Numbered from the stretch's first letter, positions 35,751-47,579 are shown. The stretch is DNA of 64,000 nucleotides from Octopus vulgaris (GCA_951406725.2 OX597829.1:38564001-38628000); one strand, 5' to 3'. Program-made: numbers and translations. The notes: generated from the sequence alone by a model not told the origin.

Positions 35751-35970
35751 ACTCTTTAAAACATCCAGATTACTCTGTCAAATATTATGCTTTATTTATT
35801 CATATTGTTTTAAATCAATCCTGCATTAACTCCTGGCTTCAAGATTTCGATGATGTAATTGTTTAGCTTTAAAATGACATTGTAGGGTAGGTGTGAAAGG
35901 CAGGATCTAGTTGCTTTGAATATAAAACGGAATATTTAGGTTTGATATGGCTGGTTTAAATGCTAAAGGG
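35751..35970. mobile_element. piggyBac-type MITE, second family
   Basis: Ends GGTTTAAATGCTAAAGGG; reverse complement of 49049-49269. Confidence 0.8.
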
Positions 35971-36888
35971 ATGGATAAAGACCCTTTGTAGTTCTTTATA
36001 ACTGATTTTCACAAAACAATGGCAAAATAATAATAATAATAATATCTATAAATACCATGTAAACGATAAAGGCACACAGATAAAACAGTTATTACATGAT
36101 TCAGTGGATGAGTTTGGAAATTATAGTTTCTATGTGTTTATTATATCAATGGTGTTTCTTTTTATTATTTATATATAAGTTAATTGAAAACTTAACAGAT
36201 GTCTTTTTATTTTGTTATGCCTTTTTAGAAAATTTGTTTTATTAGGAATAACTTTTTTAAAGAAATTGCTTGTTTGAGTAATTTCTTGTGAATGATGATT
36301 GCATTGTGAGATTGCATGAATATCTGGGAGTATAAGGATATCTGGCTCTATCATAGTTGCTTTATAAATCTATTGAGCCAACAGGAATTTGGATACAATA
36401 CCCAGATAAAATTTACAGTAAGATGTGTGTGTGTGTTGTGCATATAATTATTCACATTTCTGTTATATGCTCTTTGCCATTTGAGTTTTTTTCATTTTTT
36501 TTCTTTTCTTATTGATGTGTCTTGTTTTCCTTTACGTTTTTCAATGTATATTATATTTTATATAAAAATCATGTAACTGTGCACACAATATCGCTGAGCA
36601 GATAAACAATTAACTAATCTTATCTTTCCTGCTTTTCCTGGCCTAGCATGTCTTGAAACGGTTATGAGCATTGCCCGATAACATCCAATAATAAAACTTC
36701 TATGCAGATAATTCTGGAAGTAGAAATTGGATCAATATATCAATAGATAGATCAATGGATCAATAAATATCTGCAATCCTGCAATTGCCTTATCACTATT
36801 TCTCTTATTTTTAGAAGTGAAGTGTTATTTTACCAAAATATTGATTTCTTTTATCTACCTACCATACCAATGGTGTACATGTGTGTAT

Positions 36889-36921
<33 letters not shown>

Positions 36922-36944
36922 GAATTTAATTGAACCTGAGTATA

Positions 36945-37110
36945 TTACTGGCATGGCTTCCCACCCACATAGTTCTGGGTTCAGTGCCTTTGTGTAGCAC
37001 CATGTGCATATGTCTTCTACTATAGCCTTGGGCTGGCCAGAGCCTTGTAAGTATATTTGGTAGACAGAAACTGAAAGAAGCCAATTCACTGTGTGTGTAT
37101 GAAAGAAGCC
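36945..37110 (+). mobile_element. Family A SINE head, target of the family B trimer
   Basis: GGGTTCAGT B-box, GTCTTCTACTATAGCC, GAAACTGAAAGAAGCC. Confidence 0.8.
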
Positions 37111-37125
37111 CAGAAACTAAAAGAA

Positions 37126-37713
37126 GGCGGCGAGCTGGCAGAAACGTTAGCACACCGGGCGAAATGCTTAGTGGTTGTCTGCCATTACTACGTTGTGAGT
37201 TCAAATTCCGCCAAGGTCGACTTTGCCTTTTATCCTTTTGGAGTTGAATTAATAAGTACCAGTTACACACTGGGGTCGATATAATCGACTTAATCCATTT
37301 GTCTGTCCTTGTTTAGCCCCTTGTGGGTAGTAAAGAAATAGGTATTTCGTCTGCCGCTACATTGTGAGTTCAAATTCTGCCAAGGTCGACTTTGCCTTTC
37401 ATCCTTTTGGGGTTGAATTAATAAGTACCAGTTACGCACTGGAGTTGATGTAATCAACTTAATCTGTGTGTCTGTCCTTGTTTGTCCTCTCTGTGTTTAG
37501 CCCCTTGTGGGTAGTAAAGAAATAGGTACTTCGTCTGCCGCTACGTTATGAGTTCAAATTCCGCCGAGGTTGACTTTGCCTTTCATCCTTTTGGGGTTGA
37601 ATTAATCAGTACTAGTTATGCACTGGGGTCAATATAATTGACTTAATCCATTTGCCTGTCCTTGTTTGTCCGTTCCCTCTGTGTATAGCCCCTTTGTGGG
37701 CAGTAAAGAAATA
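37126..37713 (+). mobile_element. Head-to-tail trimer of SINE family B
   Basis: One unit with a head, then two units restarting at internal GGTA(T/C)TTCGTCTGCC (about 37341 and 37525); single TSD AGAAACT(A/G)AAAGAA at 37112-37125 and 37714-37727. Confidence 0.92.
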
Positions 37714-37891
37714 AGAAACTGAAAGAAGCCCATTGTGTGTGCATGTGTATGTATATAAAGAGTATGAGGGGTTTAATTCATTGATGATCTAAACCAATAG
37801 GTACACTGCATAAGTGCTATAATTGGTCACCTGTTAGGTGCCAAATGCACAGCTGAGGCTGGAGCTAGGGATCTGTAGTAGGCTTCTGAGT

Positions 37892-38440
37892 CATACACTG
37901 GATATTCCATCATCAGAGATGAGGTGTGTATGCAGGAAGGTTCCAGACAGGGAATTTACTGTAGATAGAAGAATAAAGACAGAAGAATAATAAATTTCAC
38001 AAATCATCATGTTCTGAAGGCTAAGGAGGTTTGTCCTTATTTCCATGAAGGCATATGTCCTTAAGTAAATCCAAGCAGTATTTTGAGTTATGCATTCAGA
38101 TTGAAGGAATAGATCTTGCAGTTAGCATTCTTGTAGACAGTGTATGAAAAATTAACAGTAGGGGTATATACTTTCAGACAGTTTATATATACCCTTGCTG
38201 CTCACACAAACACTAACTGCTAGATCTATTCATTCAGTCTGAATGCATCACTCAAATTACTGCTTGGGCTACCTGGAATTATACTTAACGAGATATTCCT
38301 TCAAGGAAATATGGACAAACTTCCATACCCACTAGAACACGATGATATGTGAGCTTTATTCTTCTATCTACTGTAAATTCTCTGTCTGGAGCTTTCTTGC
38401 AAACACGCCTCCTCTCTGATGATGGAATACCCAGTGTATG
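37892..38440. repeat. About 550-bp imperfect inverted repeat (foldback)
   Basis: CATACACTGGATATTCCATCATCAGAGA.. pairs with ..TCTCTGATGATGGAATACCCAGTGTATG; inner arms also pair; centre GGGTATATA..TATATACCC at about 38178. Confidence 0.92.
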
Positions 38441-38486
38441 GGGGTGTTGACCCATTACTTGGAATATCCCAGAAATAGCTGTAGGA
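38413..38486 (+). ncRNA. Type I hammerhead ribozyme motif with extended stem II
   Basis: UCU-CUGAUGA-UGGAAUA...UAUCCCA-GAAA-UAGCU-GUA-GGA: intact core, near-palindromic stem III, GUA triplet, 3-bp stem I. Confidence 0.65.
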
Positions 38487-38622
38487 CATTACTTCTACTT
38501 CTCCTTTTTCGATTCACCTTTACTCTAATTAGATACTCAAAATGACCTGAGATACTCATCCTACCATGGTTTCGTTTTCCTTTTGCTTTAAGATATATAT
38601 ATACTGGAGTAAACACATAAAC

Positions 38623-38671
<49 letters not shown>

Positions 38672-38676
<5 letters not shown>

Positions 38677-39012
38677 CGTGGCCGATGACGGTACCACCTG
38701 ACTGGCACCCATACCAGTGGTACGTAAAAAGCATCATTTGAGCGTGGTCGTCGCCAGCATCGCCTGACTGGCTCCTGTACAGCTGACACATAAAAAGCAC
38801 CATTTGAGCATGGTCAATGCCAGTACTGCCTAACTGGCCTTCATGCCACTACACTCTCGGAGTGGTTGGCATTAGGAAGGGCATCCAGCTGTAGAAACTT
38901 TGCCTGATCAGATTGGAGCCTGATGCAGCCTTCTGGCTCACCAGTTCCCAGTCAAACCGTCCAACCCATGCCAGTATGGAAAGTGGACGTTAAACGACGA
39001 CGATGATGATGA
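38672..39012 (+). mobile_element. RTE LINE 3' UTR fragment, family C
   Basis: Modular units, GGAAGGGCATCCAGCTGTAGAAAC, (GAT)n tail. Confidence 0.88.
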
Positions 39013-39019
39013 TAAATCT

Positions 39020-39218
39020 GTTGTGTCTGTGTTTGTCTCCTACCACCACTTGACAACTGATGCTGGTATGTTTATGTGGTTGAAACTTATTCTTTTGGTG
39101 TCTTTTGCCAAACCACTAAGTACTAGTTCTGGGGTTTATTTGTTCCACTAAAACCCTTCAAGGCTGTGCCCCAGCATAGCTGCTGTCTAATGACTGAAAC
39201 CTGTAAACGATAAAAGAA
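39020..39218 (+). mobile_element. SINE family A, 3' half, diverged
   Basis: CACTTGACAACTGATGCTGG ... GACTGAAACCTGTAAA. Confidence 0.75.
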
Positions 39219-39960
39219 TATAGAAATGTCACTAAACTCTAATAGATTTTAGTCTGATACTCTTAGTGTTTCTGTCAACTCCCATGGATTAGAAAGTTGT
39301 CATGTGGTGTCCCAAGCTGTTAGAAGACTGCCGCTAGGTAAAATCAGGACATTCTGCAACTCTGATCACCCATTTTGACTACAACTTATATTTACTCATT
39401 TCACCTGTGAATGCTTTTGATTTTGGCTGAGCTGTAAGATTTACCTTGATTTACATTGGGTCAAACGGGCACATTGACTAAATGCTAAGTAATAAAGGTA
39501 AATAACAATAACACTATATAGCAACAACAAAAACAATCAGAAAGGACCGCGAAAAATAGGGTAGGTTACAACCACACGCAGTATCAGAGTATCCTGACAC
39601 ACAACTCTCTCTCTTACCATGACACATCGAAGGGAAGTGCCTTCTTCAAATTCTTGCTACCAGCCTTTGGCTGGCCATGTTGTTTTAGAAGGCACATTTA
39701 GAGCCATGCCAATCTCACCAAATCTCATCTGTCTTTTGTAAAACGTACTGGAGAGCAGTACCCATTCTTTCTTCCCCCTCCTCACTCCCTTTCTCTTATT
39801 CAAGTGATACTTGAAGAAGTTGTAGCAATACTACTGCTGCTACTACTTCTACTACTACTACTAATAATAATAATAATGTATGAGTAGAATATTTTTGGTT
39901 GACTTATGACAAAAATATCTTAACGAAACATTTGAGAAATAGGATTTCAAGAACTAAAAG

Positions 39961-40001
<41 letters not shown>

Positions 40002-40317
40002 TATGCACACACAGTGTGTGTGTGTATTCTTTTATTGGTTTCAGCAATTCTAAAATAAATTCATTGTACAATTTTAAGACCAGACCACAAAAGAAAATTA
40101 AAAACTACTTGAAGAAATATCTAAAATTGTGAAGTTCTCTAAAATTTTAGATTTTTTTTTCTTTGTTTTTCTTTCGGTAATGTTTGTTTTGCACATGAAA
40201 ATCATTCTCGAAAATTCCGACTCTTCTTGTTTTTAATTTTGCTTGTAATACAAAACTAAAATGGTTATTTTTGAAGCTTACAGAAATTGATATATCTCGT
40301 GTTGGAAAATAGGCAGA

Positions 40318-40379
40318 TATATATAAGGGCAGACTTGTTTATATATATATATATATATATATATATTTAGGGCAGGCTT

Positions 40380-40418
<39 letters not shown>

Positions 40419-40428
40419 GGGCAGGCTT

Positions 40429-40492
<64 letters not shown>

Positions 40493-40880
40493 AAATACAT
40501 ATATGTATATATATATATGTGTAAATACATATATGTATATATATATATATGTAAATACATATATGTAAATATATATTTACATATATGTAAATACATATAT
40601 GTAAATATATATATATATATATGTAAATACATATATGTAAATACATATATATATATATATGTAAATGTAAATATATATATGTAAATATATATATATATAT
40701 ATACTCTTTACCCTTTTAGTCGAGCATATCTTCCCCGGGACTTATTCTTTGTAAGCCCAGTACTTATTCTATCGGTTTCTTTTTGGCGAACTGCTAAGTG
40801 ACGGGGACGTAAACACACCAGCATCGGTTGTCAAGCAATATATATATATGTAAATATGTATATAAGGGCAGACTTGTTTA
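40318..40880. repeat. Complex TA/(ATGTAAAT) repeat with four AGGGCAG(A/G)CTTGTTTAT motifs and a family A fragment at 40703-40838 (minus)
   Basis: Motif at about 40326, 40368, 40418 and 40866. Confidence 0.85.
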
Positions 40881-41579
40881 TTATATGTATACACACACTA
40901 AACGAGTGTACAGTTCCTTATCAATTCTTAAAATTAAAACTATTCCAGAATTTAACACTTTTGAGGTAAAGAAGGACTTCCACAACATTACTTTGTAATG
41001 GTTACCACCTCTGCCAAAGCTACTACTACTAGTACTACTACTACTTTCACCACTACCAGCATTAGCACCACCACTACAATTGCAGCAACTTCCTGTTACT
41101 ACTACGACTTCTACATGCTGAGCCAAGAAAGGTTCTTTATACATGGATGCTTGACTTGCTAGAAATAGCAACCAAATTTACTTTGTCTAATATATCCTTT
41201 CTTATTATTGTAGGATAAGTGTAAGAGACCAGATCTAGCCAGTTTCAGTGTGAAACAGGCAAAATATCTGGGCCAGTTAAGGCCAGTTTAAATGCTAATG
41301 GGTTAATGTCCACTTTTCATTCTTGTATGAGTTGGACAGTTTATTGAGGTAGCTTTTCTATAGCTGGATGCCCTTCATGTTGCCAACCTTCGCCTGTTTC
41401 CTATCAAAGTACTTAGGATTTTCCTATTATCAAGTATGATTTTTCTGAACATTGGAAGCAAACAACACTGCTTGTATGACAGTGAAATTTATCATGCAAT
41501 GACAAGACAAGGTGACACACACACACATGTGTGCATATTTATATGTATCGTGTGTCTATCTGTATACACACACACACAC

Positions 41580-42080
41580 AATGGGCCTTTTAGAATTTTT
41601 ATCTACTAAATCAACTCAGAAGCCTTCAGTCAGTCCAGGATATAGTAGAAGACACTTGCTCAAGATGCCACGAAGTGGGACTGATGCCACGCAGTGGGAC
41701 TGCTTCCATGCAGTGGGACTGCTTCCACGCAGTGGGACTGCTTCCACGCAGTGGGGCTGCTTCCACGCAGTGGGACTGCTGCCATGCAGTGGGACTGCTT
41801 CCACGCAGTGGGACTGCTTCCATGAAGTGGGACTGCTTCCACGAAGTGGGACTGCTTCCATGCAGTGGGACTGCTTCCATGCAGTGGGACTGCTTCCACG
41901 CAGTGGGACTGCTTCCATGCAGTGGGACTGCTTCCACGCAGTGGGACTGCTTCTACGCAGTGGGACTGCTTCCACGCAGTGGGACTGCTTCCATGCAGTG
42001 GGACTGATGCCACGCAGTGGGACTGAACCTGAAACCATGTGAATGTGAAGCAAACTTCTTACGACACACAGTTCCACCTG
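41580..42080 (-). mobile_element. Family A SINE 5' half with an internal minisatellite
   Basis: TATAGTAGAAGACACTTG before and GAACCTGAAACCATGTG after the array are contiguous in the consensus. Confidence 0.9.
41668..42025. repeat. 19-bp minisatellite CCA(C/T)GCAGTGGGACTGCTT, 18 full units plus a partial
   Basis: Exact 19-bp period, no spacers; explains the five overlapping repetitive ORFs. Confidence 0.97.
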
Positions 42081-42519
42081 TAGCTACTATATGGGAGTCT
42101 TGAAGTGCTTGTTTCACTTGTGTGAAATAGCAGCCAAATTATTTCAAAGTGTGTTGAACTCCTGATCCTCAGACTGTGGTTTCGATTGATAGATCAGGGA
42201 ATGCTTGAGCAAAACACTTTCTCATTGCTCCAGTCCACTTAGCTAGCAAAAATGAGTATTTCTATGACAGGTTGTCGTCCCATCCTACACACACTACAGA
42301 AACTAGCCCGCTGAGTTTATATATGTGGGAAATGTAAATATATATATCTAAATATATATATATATATATAGCTATACACCTTTTAGTCGAGCATATCTTC
42401 CCCTATGGGACTGTATTCTTTGTGAAGGAGCTTTATCCATTTTTACTCTCTACTTTCTTAAAACAGGAAGGATACAGTAAACTAAACATTCTTTGCTTTA
42501 CATAAAAGAACAAATACAT

Positions 42520-43015
42520 AAATATGGCTGGAATGTTTTTGACTCCAGGTCTGCTCAAGCATAATTGATCTGAGATTGAACAACTAGATTGCGCTGTATC
42601 ATCTATGTGGTTAGTAAACCTGCTAGAAATAACAGAAAAATCTCCTCCCAATCACATCATTTTGAAAGGAGGTGGTAAAATACAGATAATGTAGTCCAAA
42701 GAAAAGATGGGCTGGTCATAGCTGGAATTCCATTGATTATAAGTTTACTTTATCAGGGCTAACTTGGAGTTAAACAGCACTAAATGCAACTATTACACAT
42801 GACTACTTAAGCAAGAAATGAGCTGCATTATAGGTGTTCAGTCTTCTAGAAATAACAGCCAAAATATTCCTCGTTTTAAAAATAGATATATTGGACAAGG
42901 TAGCTTTGGACACAATTAAAAAAATTATAATAATTTGATTGCTTATGACTGGAATAATTCAGACCCAAAATTCTGCTCTGTTGGAGCTGATCTGGGGTTA
43001 AACAAACAAAACCAA
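42520..43015 (+). mobile_element. Tandem degenerate family F copies
   Basis: Repeated GCTGGAAT..TTGA and CTAGAAATAACAG motifs; GGGGTTAAACAA ends. Confidence 0.6.
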
Positions 43016-43481
43016 CATAGTACTGCTACATTAACTTATTTTAACTGTAAACACTGTTTTTTTAGTAAGTTATCCCTTTCATACATCTGCTAACAGCATT
43101 ATGTAATTGCTATCATTATTGCTGTTACTTATATGTCTTGGCTGTGTAGTGAAGCAGTTTACTTTGTAACTACAAGGTTTCAGGTTCAATAGCATGGTGC
43201 AAAATTTGGGGCAAATGTGAAGTAAATTTGGTAGATAGAAAATATGTGGAAATCTTTAAGCATGACTGTTCCTTATTGGTAGATTTAATCTGATACCCAG
43301 TTTAACACCACTGCTGTCATCTGGCTCTTGGCATCTTTAGCAGAATACCTCTGTTGCTAGGTGTGCAGACTGCAGATAATTAACTTACTCTTTGCTATTA
43401 AACCAGTTTCAGAAGCCTTGGAAAAGTCATAGGTGCTGTCTATTTTCACTTGACTTACTCCTTAAAAAAAGTAAATATTCT

Positions 43482-43896
43482 GGTGTAGGAGTGGCTGTGT
43501 GATAAGTAGCTTGCTTTGATAAGTAGCTTGCTTTGATAAGTAGCTTGCTTACCAACCACATGATTACGGGTTCAGTCCCACTGTGTGGCACCTTGGGCAA
43601 GTGTCTTCTACTATAGCCTCGGTTTGACCAAAGCCTTGTGAGTGGATTTGGTAGACGGAAACTGAAAGAAGCCTGTCGTATATATGTATATGTATGTGTG
43701 TTTGCGTGTCTGTTTTTGTCCCCCCACCATCGCTTGACAACCGATGCTGGTGTGTTTACGTCGCCGTAACTTAGCAGTTCGGCAAAAACAGACTGATAGA
43801 ATAAGAACTAGGCTTACAAAGAATAAGTCCTGGGGTCGATTTGCTCGACTAAAGGCGGTGCTCCAGCATGGCCTCAGTCAAATGACTGAAACAAGT
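43482..43896 (+). mobile_element. SINE family A, full length, with a 17-bp triplication in the head
   Basis: GATAAGTAGCTTGCTTT three times at 43501-43550. Confidence 0.95.
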
Positions 43897-44394
43897 TATT
43901 CTTTTATTTTTTTCAGAGTAATATGAATACTAAAGGGTTAATACTTATAGTAGGTGCTTGTAATTTATACTTGTAATTTGTTGATGGTGGGTGAGAGGAC
44001 AGTGTAGGTGCATGATATTCATAACCCTTTGCGGGACTCCTAGTGGGTGAGATTGATTTCCAGTTTGAACATTTTATTGCCATCTACAGTTAAATATAAA
44101 TAAATAAATAAATAACTCAATGATAGGAGTGGAGTTTTGTGGGCTGAAATGGACAAAAGGGTTAAATTTTATTAATTATGAAATTACAATTTTAAATCTT
44201 AACACGGGTTTAAAAGAAATGAAAAATTGCTTTAGTTCATGATTAAACTTTAGGCTGTACAAAAGGTCTTTAAAAATATTTGTTCTATTCTATATTAAAA
44301 AATCTAAATTTGTTACTGTTTTGAAAATAAATCATTTAAGAGATTTCAATTTTTGAAATCTTTTCAATTCTTAAATTATTTATATCTAAGAGTC

Positions 44395-44510
44395 TGCTAA
44401 ACAATTTATGTTCAACAATTTAAAAATTGCTAAACAATTTATGTACAAAAATTTGAATTTGGTAAACCATTTATATGCAACAATAATTTGATAAACAATT
44501 TGTGTGCAAA
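44395..44510. repeat. Degenerate tandem repeat of about 31 bp, four units
   Basis: TG(C/G/A)TAAAC(A/C)ATTT(A/G)T.T.CAA.AA. Confidence 0.7.
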
Positions 44511-44720
44511 ACAAAAAAAAAAATTATAAAAAAACTAAGCTGAATCGACTAAAGTAGGTTTTGGGTGAAATGAAATGAAAAGAAAAAAATGAATTAAGAA
44601 TATATATTTAAAGAAAAATGTATTGTTTAACTCATGTCTGGAGCATAACAAATACTTAGAATTATTCTGCATGTGTGTGTGTGTGTATATAAAATATATG
44701 TATGTGTGTGTATGTATATA

Positions 44721-44925
44721 TCATCATCATTTAACATCTGTTTTCCATGCAGGCATGGGTTTGATGGTTTTACAAAAGTTGGTCAGCTGGAGATCTATTC
44801 AGGCTCCATTATCTGTTCCGGCATAGTTTCTACAGCTGGATGCCCTTCCTAATACCAACCACTTTACAGTGTGCTGGGTGCCTTTTATGTTGCACTGGCA
44901 CAAGTACTTTTTATGTGGAACCAGC
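44721..44925 (-). mobile_element. Older family C 3' end
   Basis: CATCATCATTTAACATC...CTGGATGCCCTTCCTAATACCAACCACT. Confidence 0.8.
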
Positions 44926-45044
44926 ACAAATGGGAGATTAATATTTCACAAGGTCTTCAGCCATGCTACACTTTTGTAACTTGTCTGCAAACCCTGTGCA
45001 CACATAGCTGAAACTTGACCAAAATATTATAAGTACATCAGCAT

Positions 45045-45520
45045 CAAAAATCAAATGGAAATTGTAGTTGCGATACATGTGCCGGTGGCATGTAAAATGC
45101 ACCATCCGTACGTGGCCGATGCCAGCACCGCCTTGATTGGCTTCTGTGCTGGTGGCATGTAAAAAGCACCAACCGATTGTGGCCATTGCCAGCCTCCCCT
45201 GGCACCTGTGCCAGTGGCCCGTAAAAAGCACCATCTGTACATGGTCGATGCCAGAGCTACCTTGACTGGCTTCTGTACCGGTGGCACGTAAAAAGTACCA
45301 ACTGATCGTGGCCATTGCCAGCCTCCCCTGGCACCTGTGCTGGTGGCACGTAAAAAGCACCCACTCCACTCACGGAGTGGTTGGCGTTAGGAAGGGCATG
45401 CAGCCGTAGAAACACTGCCAGATCAGACTGGAGCCTGGTGCAGCCTCCTGGCTTCCCAGGCCCCAGTCGAACCATCCAACCCATGCTAGCATGGAAAACG
45501 GATATTAAACGATGATGATG
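45045..45520 (+). mobile_element. RTE LINE 3' UTR, family C, five modules
   Basis: Modules at 45079, 45146, 45208, 45275 and 45337 (alternating 67/62-bp spacing), then conserved terminus and (GAT)n. Confidence 0.92.
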
Positions 45521-46054
45521 TCATTAAAATCAGTTGTCATTATCATGATCGTTGTTATTTATAATACTGTGTAAATTGAGGACAATTGGGTTGCTAATTT
45601 TAGCTCTCATGTAATCATACACATACTTCAGAATAGCCTCAATATATTGCTGTTGGAAATGTTATTGTTGCTGTTGTTGAAATAGGATGGAGCATTGCAG
45701 CTTCGAAATTTTGTTACATTATATTAGTTTTGGTAAATCTTCTGTTTAATAATATGACAGGGTCAATTATTGTAGTGTAATCTCTTGGAGTGGTAGAGCT
45801 ATATAGTGTCTAGAATGCTACTGTGATGTGATATAATGTCTGAAGTAATAATGTAATGTATAATTTAGCATAGTGGCTGAGGTGATAATGAAAGCATTGT
45901 TTGTAATGGTAACATAATGTAATATCTAAGGTGGTAATGCATTGTAGCATAGTGCTGTGTCTGGAGCAGTACCATTATTTTTGTGCTATAATAGATTAAT
46001 ATTTATATGGCTAGACAGTATGTTCTGCTTTTTCAATATTTCATTAAAAGCTAA

Positions 46055-46270
46055 AGTGGCAAGCTGGCAGAATCATTAGCATGCTGGGCAAAATTCTTAG
46101 CATTTTGTCTGTCATTATGTTCCAAGTTCAAATGCTACTAAGGCTGACCTTGCCTTTCATATTTTTGGGAGAGTAAAGTAAGTACCAGTTAAGCACTGGG
46201 GTTCATATAATTAACTTGCCTCCACCCTTGAAATAACTGCCCTTATGCCAAAATTTGAAATCAATATTTC
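46055..46270 (+). mobile_element. Older family B-type SINE
   Basis: GGCAAGCTGGCAGAATCATTAGCA head; TTGCCTTTCAT..AAGTACCAGTT block. Confidence 0.8.
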
Positions 46271-46360
46271 ATTGAAAACTCTTTAGATTCTTTTTATGCT
46301 TGTTTGCAGCTTCTGCTTATTACTATAAGGCATATTACAAATAGTTGTTTATATATATAT

Positions 46361-46587
46361 ACTCTTTACTCTATTTTACTCTTTTACTTGTTTCAGTCAT
46401 TTGACTGTGACCATGCTGGATCACCACCTTTAGCTGAGCAAATCGACCCCAGGACTTATTCTTTGTAAGCCTAGTACTTATTCTATCAGTCTCTTTTTGC
46501 TGAAACGCTAAGTTGCTGGGACGTAAACACACCAGCATTGATGTTGGGGGAACAAACACAGACACACAAATGTACACACATACGCAC

Positions 46588-46630
<43 letters not shown>

Positions 46631-46791
46631 TACGACGGGCTTCTTTCAGTTTCCGTCTACCAGATCCACTCACAAGGCTTTGGTCAGCCCAAGGCTATAG
46701 TAGAAGACTCTTGCCCAAGGTGCCATGCAGTGGGACTGAACCCAGAACCATGTGGTTCATAAGCAAACTACTTACCACACAGCCACTCCTG
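46361..46791 (-). mobile_element. SINE family A, full length
   Basis: Consensus match. Confidence 0.95.
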
Positions 46792-47078
46792 TATGTGTGT
46801 GAGTGTGTGTATTTATATTACTGTACCAACCAGACTATTCGGTGTTGCTATACACTGGTCACTATGTGCTTCCATGCTTTTCAATGATGCCATCTCACTG
46901 GCTAAGAGGGCAGGCCAACATTCATTCTGAATGGAACACCAGTTTGTCTCATGATTACCCATTTACAGCTGAATGAACTGGAGCACCATGAAATAAAATG
47001 TTTTGCTTAAGAACACAAGACACAGACAATTGAAAGCACAATCTTACAATTGTCAATGCAACACCCTAATGACTACAC

Positions 47079-47166
47079 CGGTGGTTCCCAACCTGGGATC
47101 CACAAACTCCTGGTAGTCTGCAAAGGTAGTACTGGGAGGTGGTCTGTAAACTAAATTCAAAATTTC

Positions 47167-47229
<63 letters not shown>

Positions 47230-47547
47230 CATGAGCACCGTCACCGACCAGGCTATCAGATGTTGCTACACATTGCTGGTCACAATGCGCTCCGCATTGT
47301 TTTAGGCTTCAAATGACACCATCCTGCTGGCTAAGCGAGCAGGCCAACAGAAGAAAGAGTGAGAGAAAGTTGGGGCGAAAGAGTACAGCAGGGATCGCCC
47401 CCCCACCCCCACCACCCCTGCTGGAGCCTCATGGAGCTTTAAATGTTTTCGCTCAATAAACATTCACAACACCTGGTCTGGGAATCGAAACTGCAATCCT
47501 ACATCGCAAGTCTGCTACCCTAACCATTGGGCCATTGCGCCTCCACG

Positions 47548-47579
<32 letters not shown>

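Noticed and set aside
39617-39748. Minus-strand exon between CTCTCCAG and GTAAG
   Set aside because: All three frames contain stops
41512-42077. Repeat-protein genes (103-176 aa ORFs)
   Set aside because: By-product of a stop-free 19-bp minisatellite inside a SINE
44938-45484. ORFs in family C and family A repeats (for example 143 aa)
   Set aside because: Antisense or UTR frames of high-copy repeats; such peptides are typical spurious gene predictions
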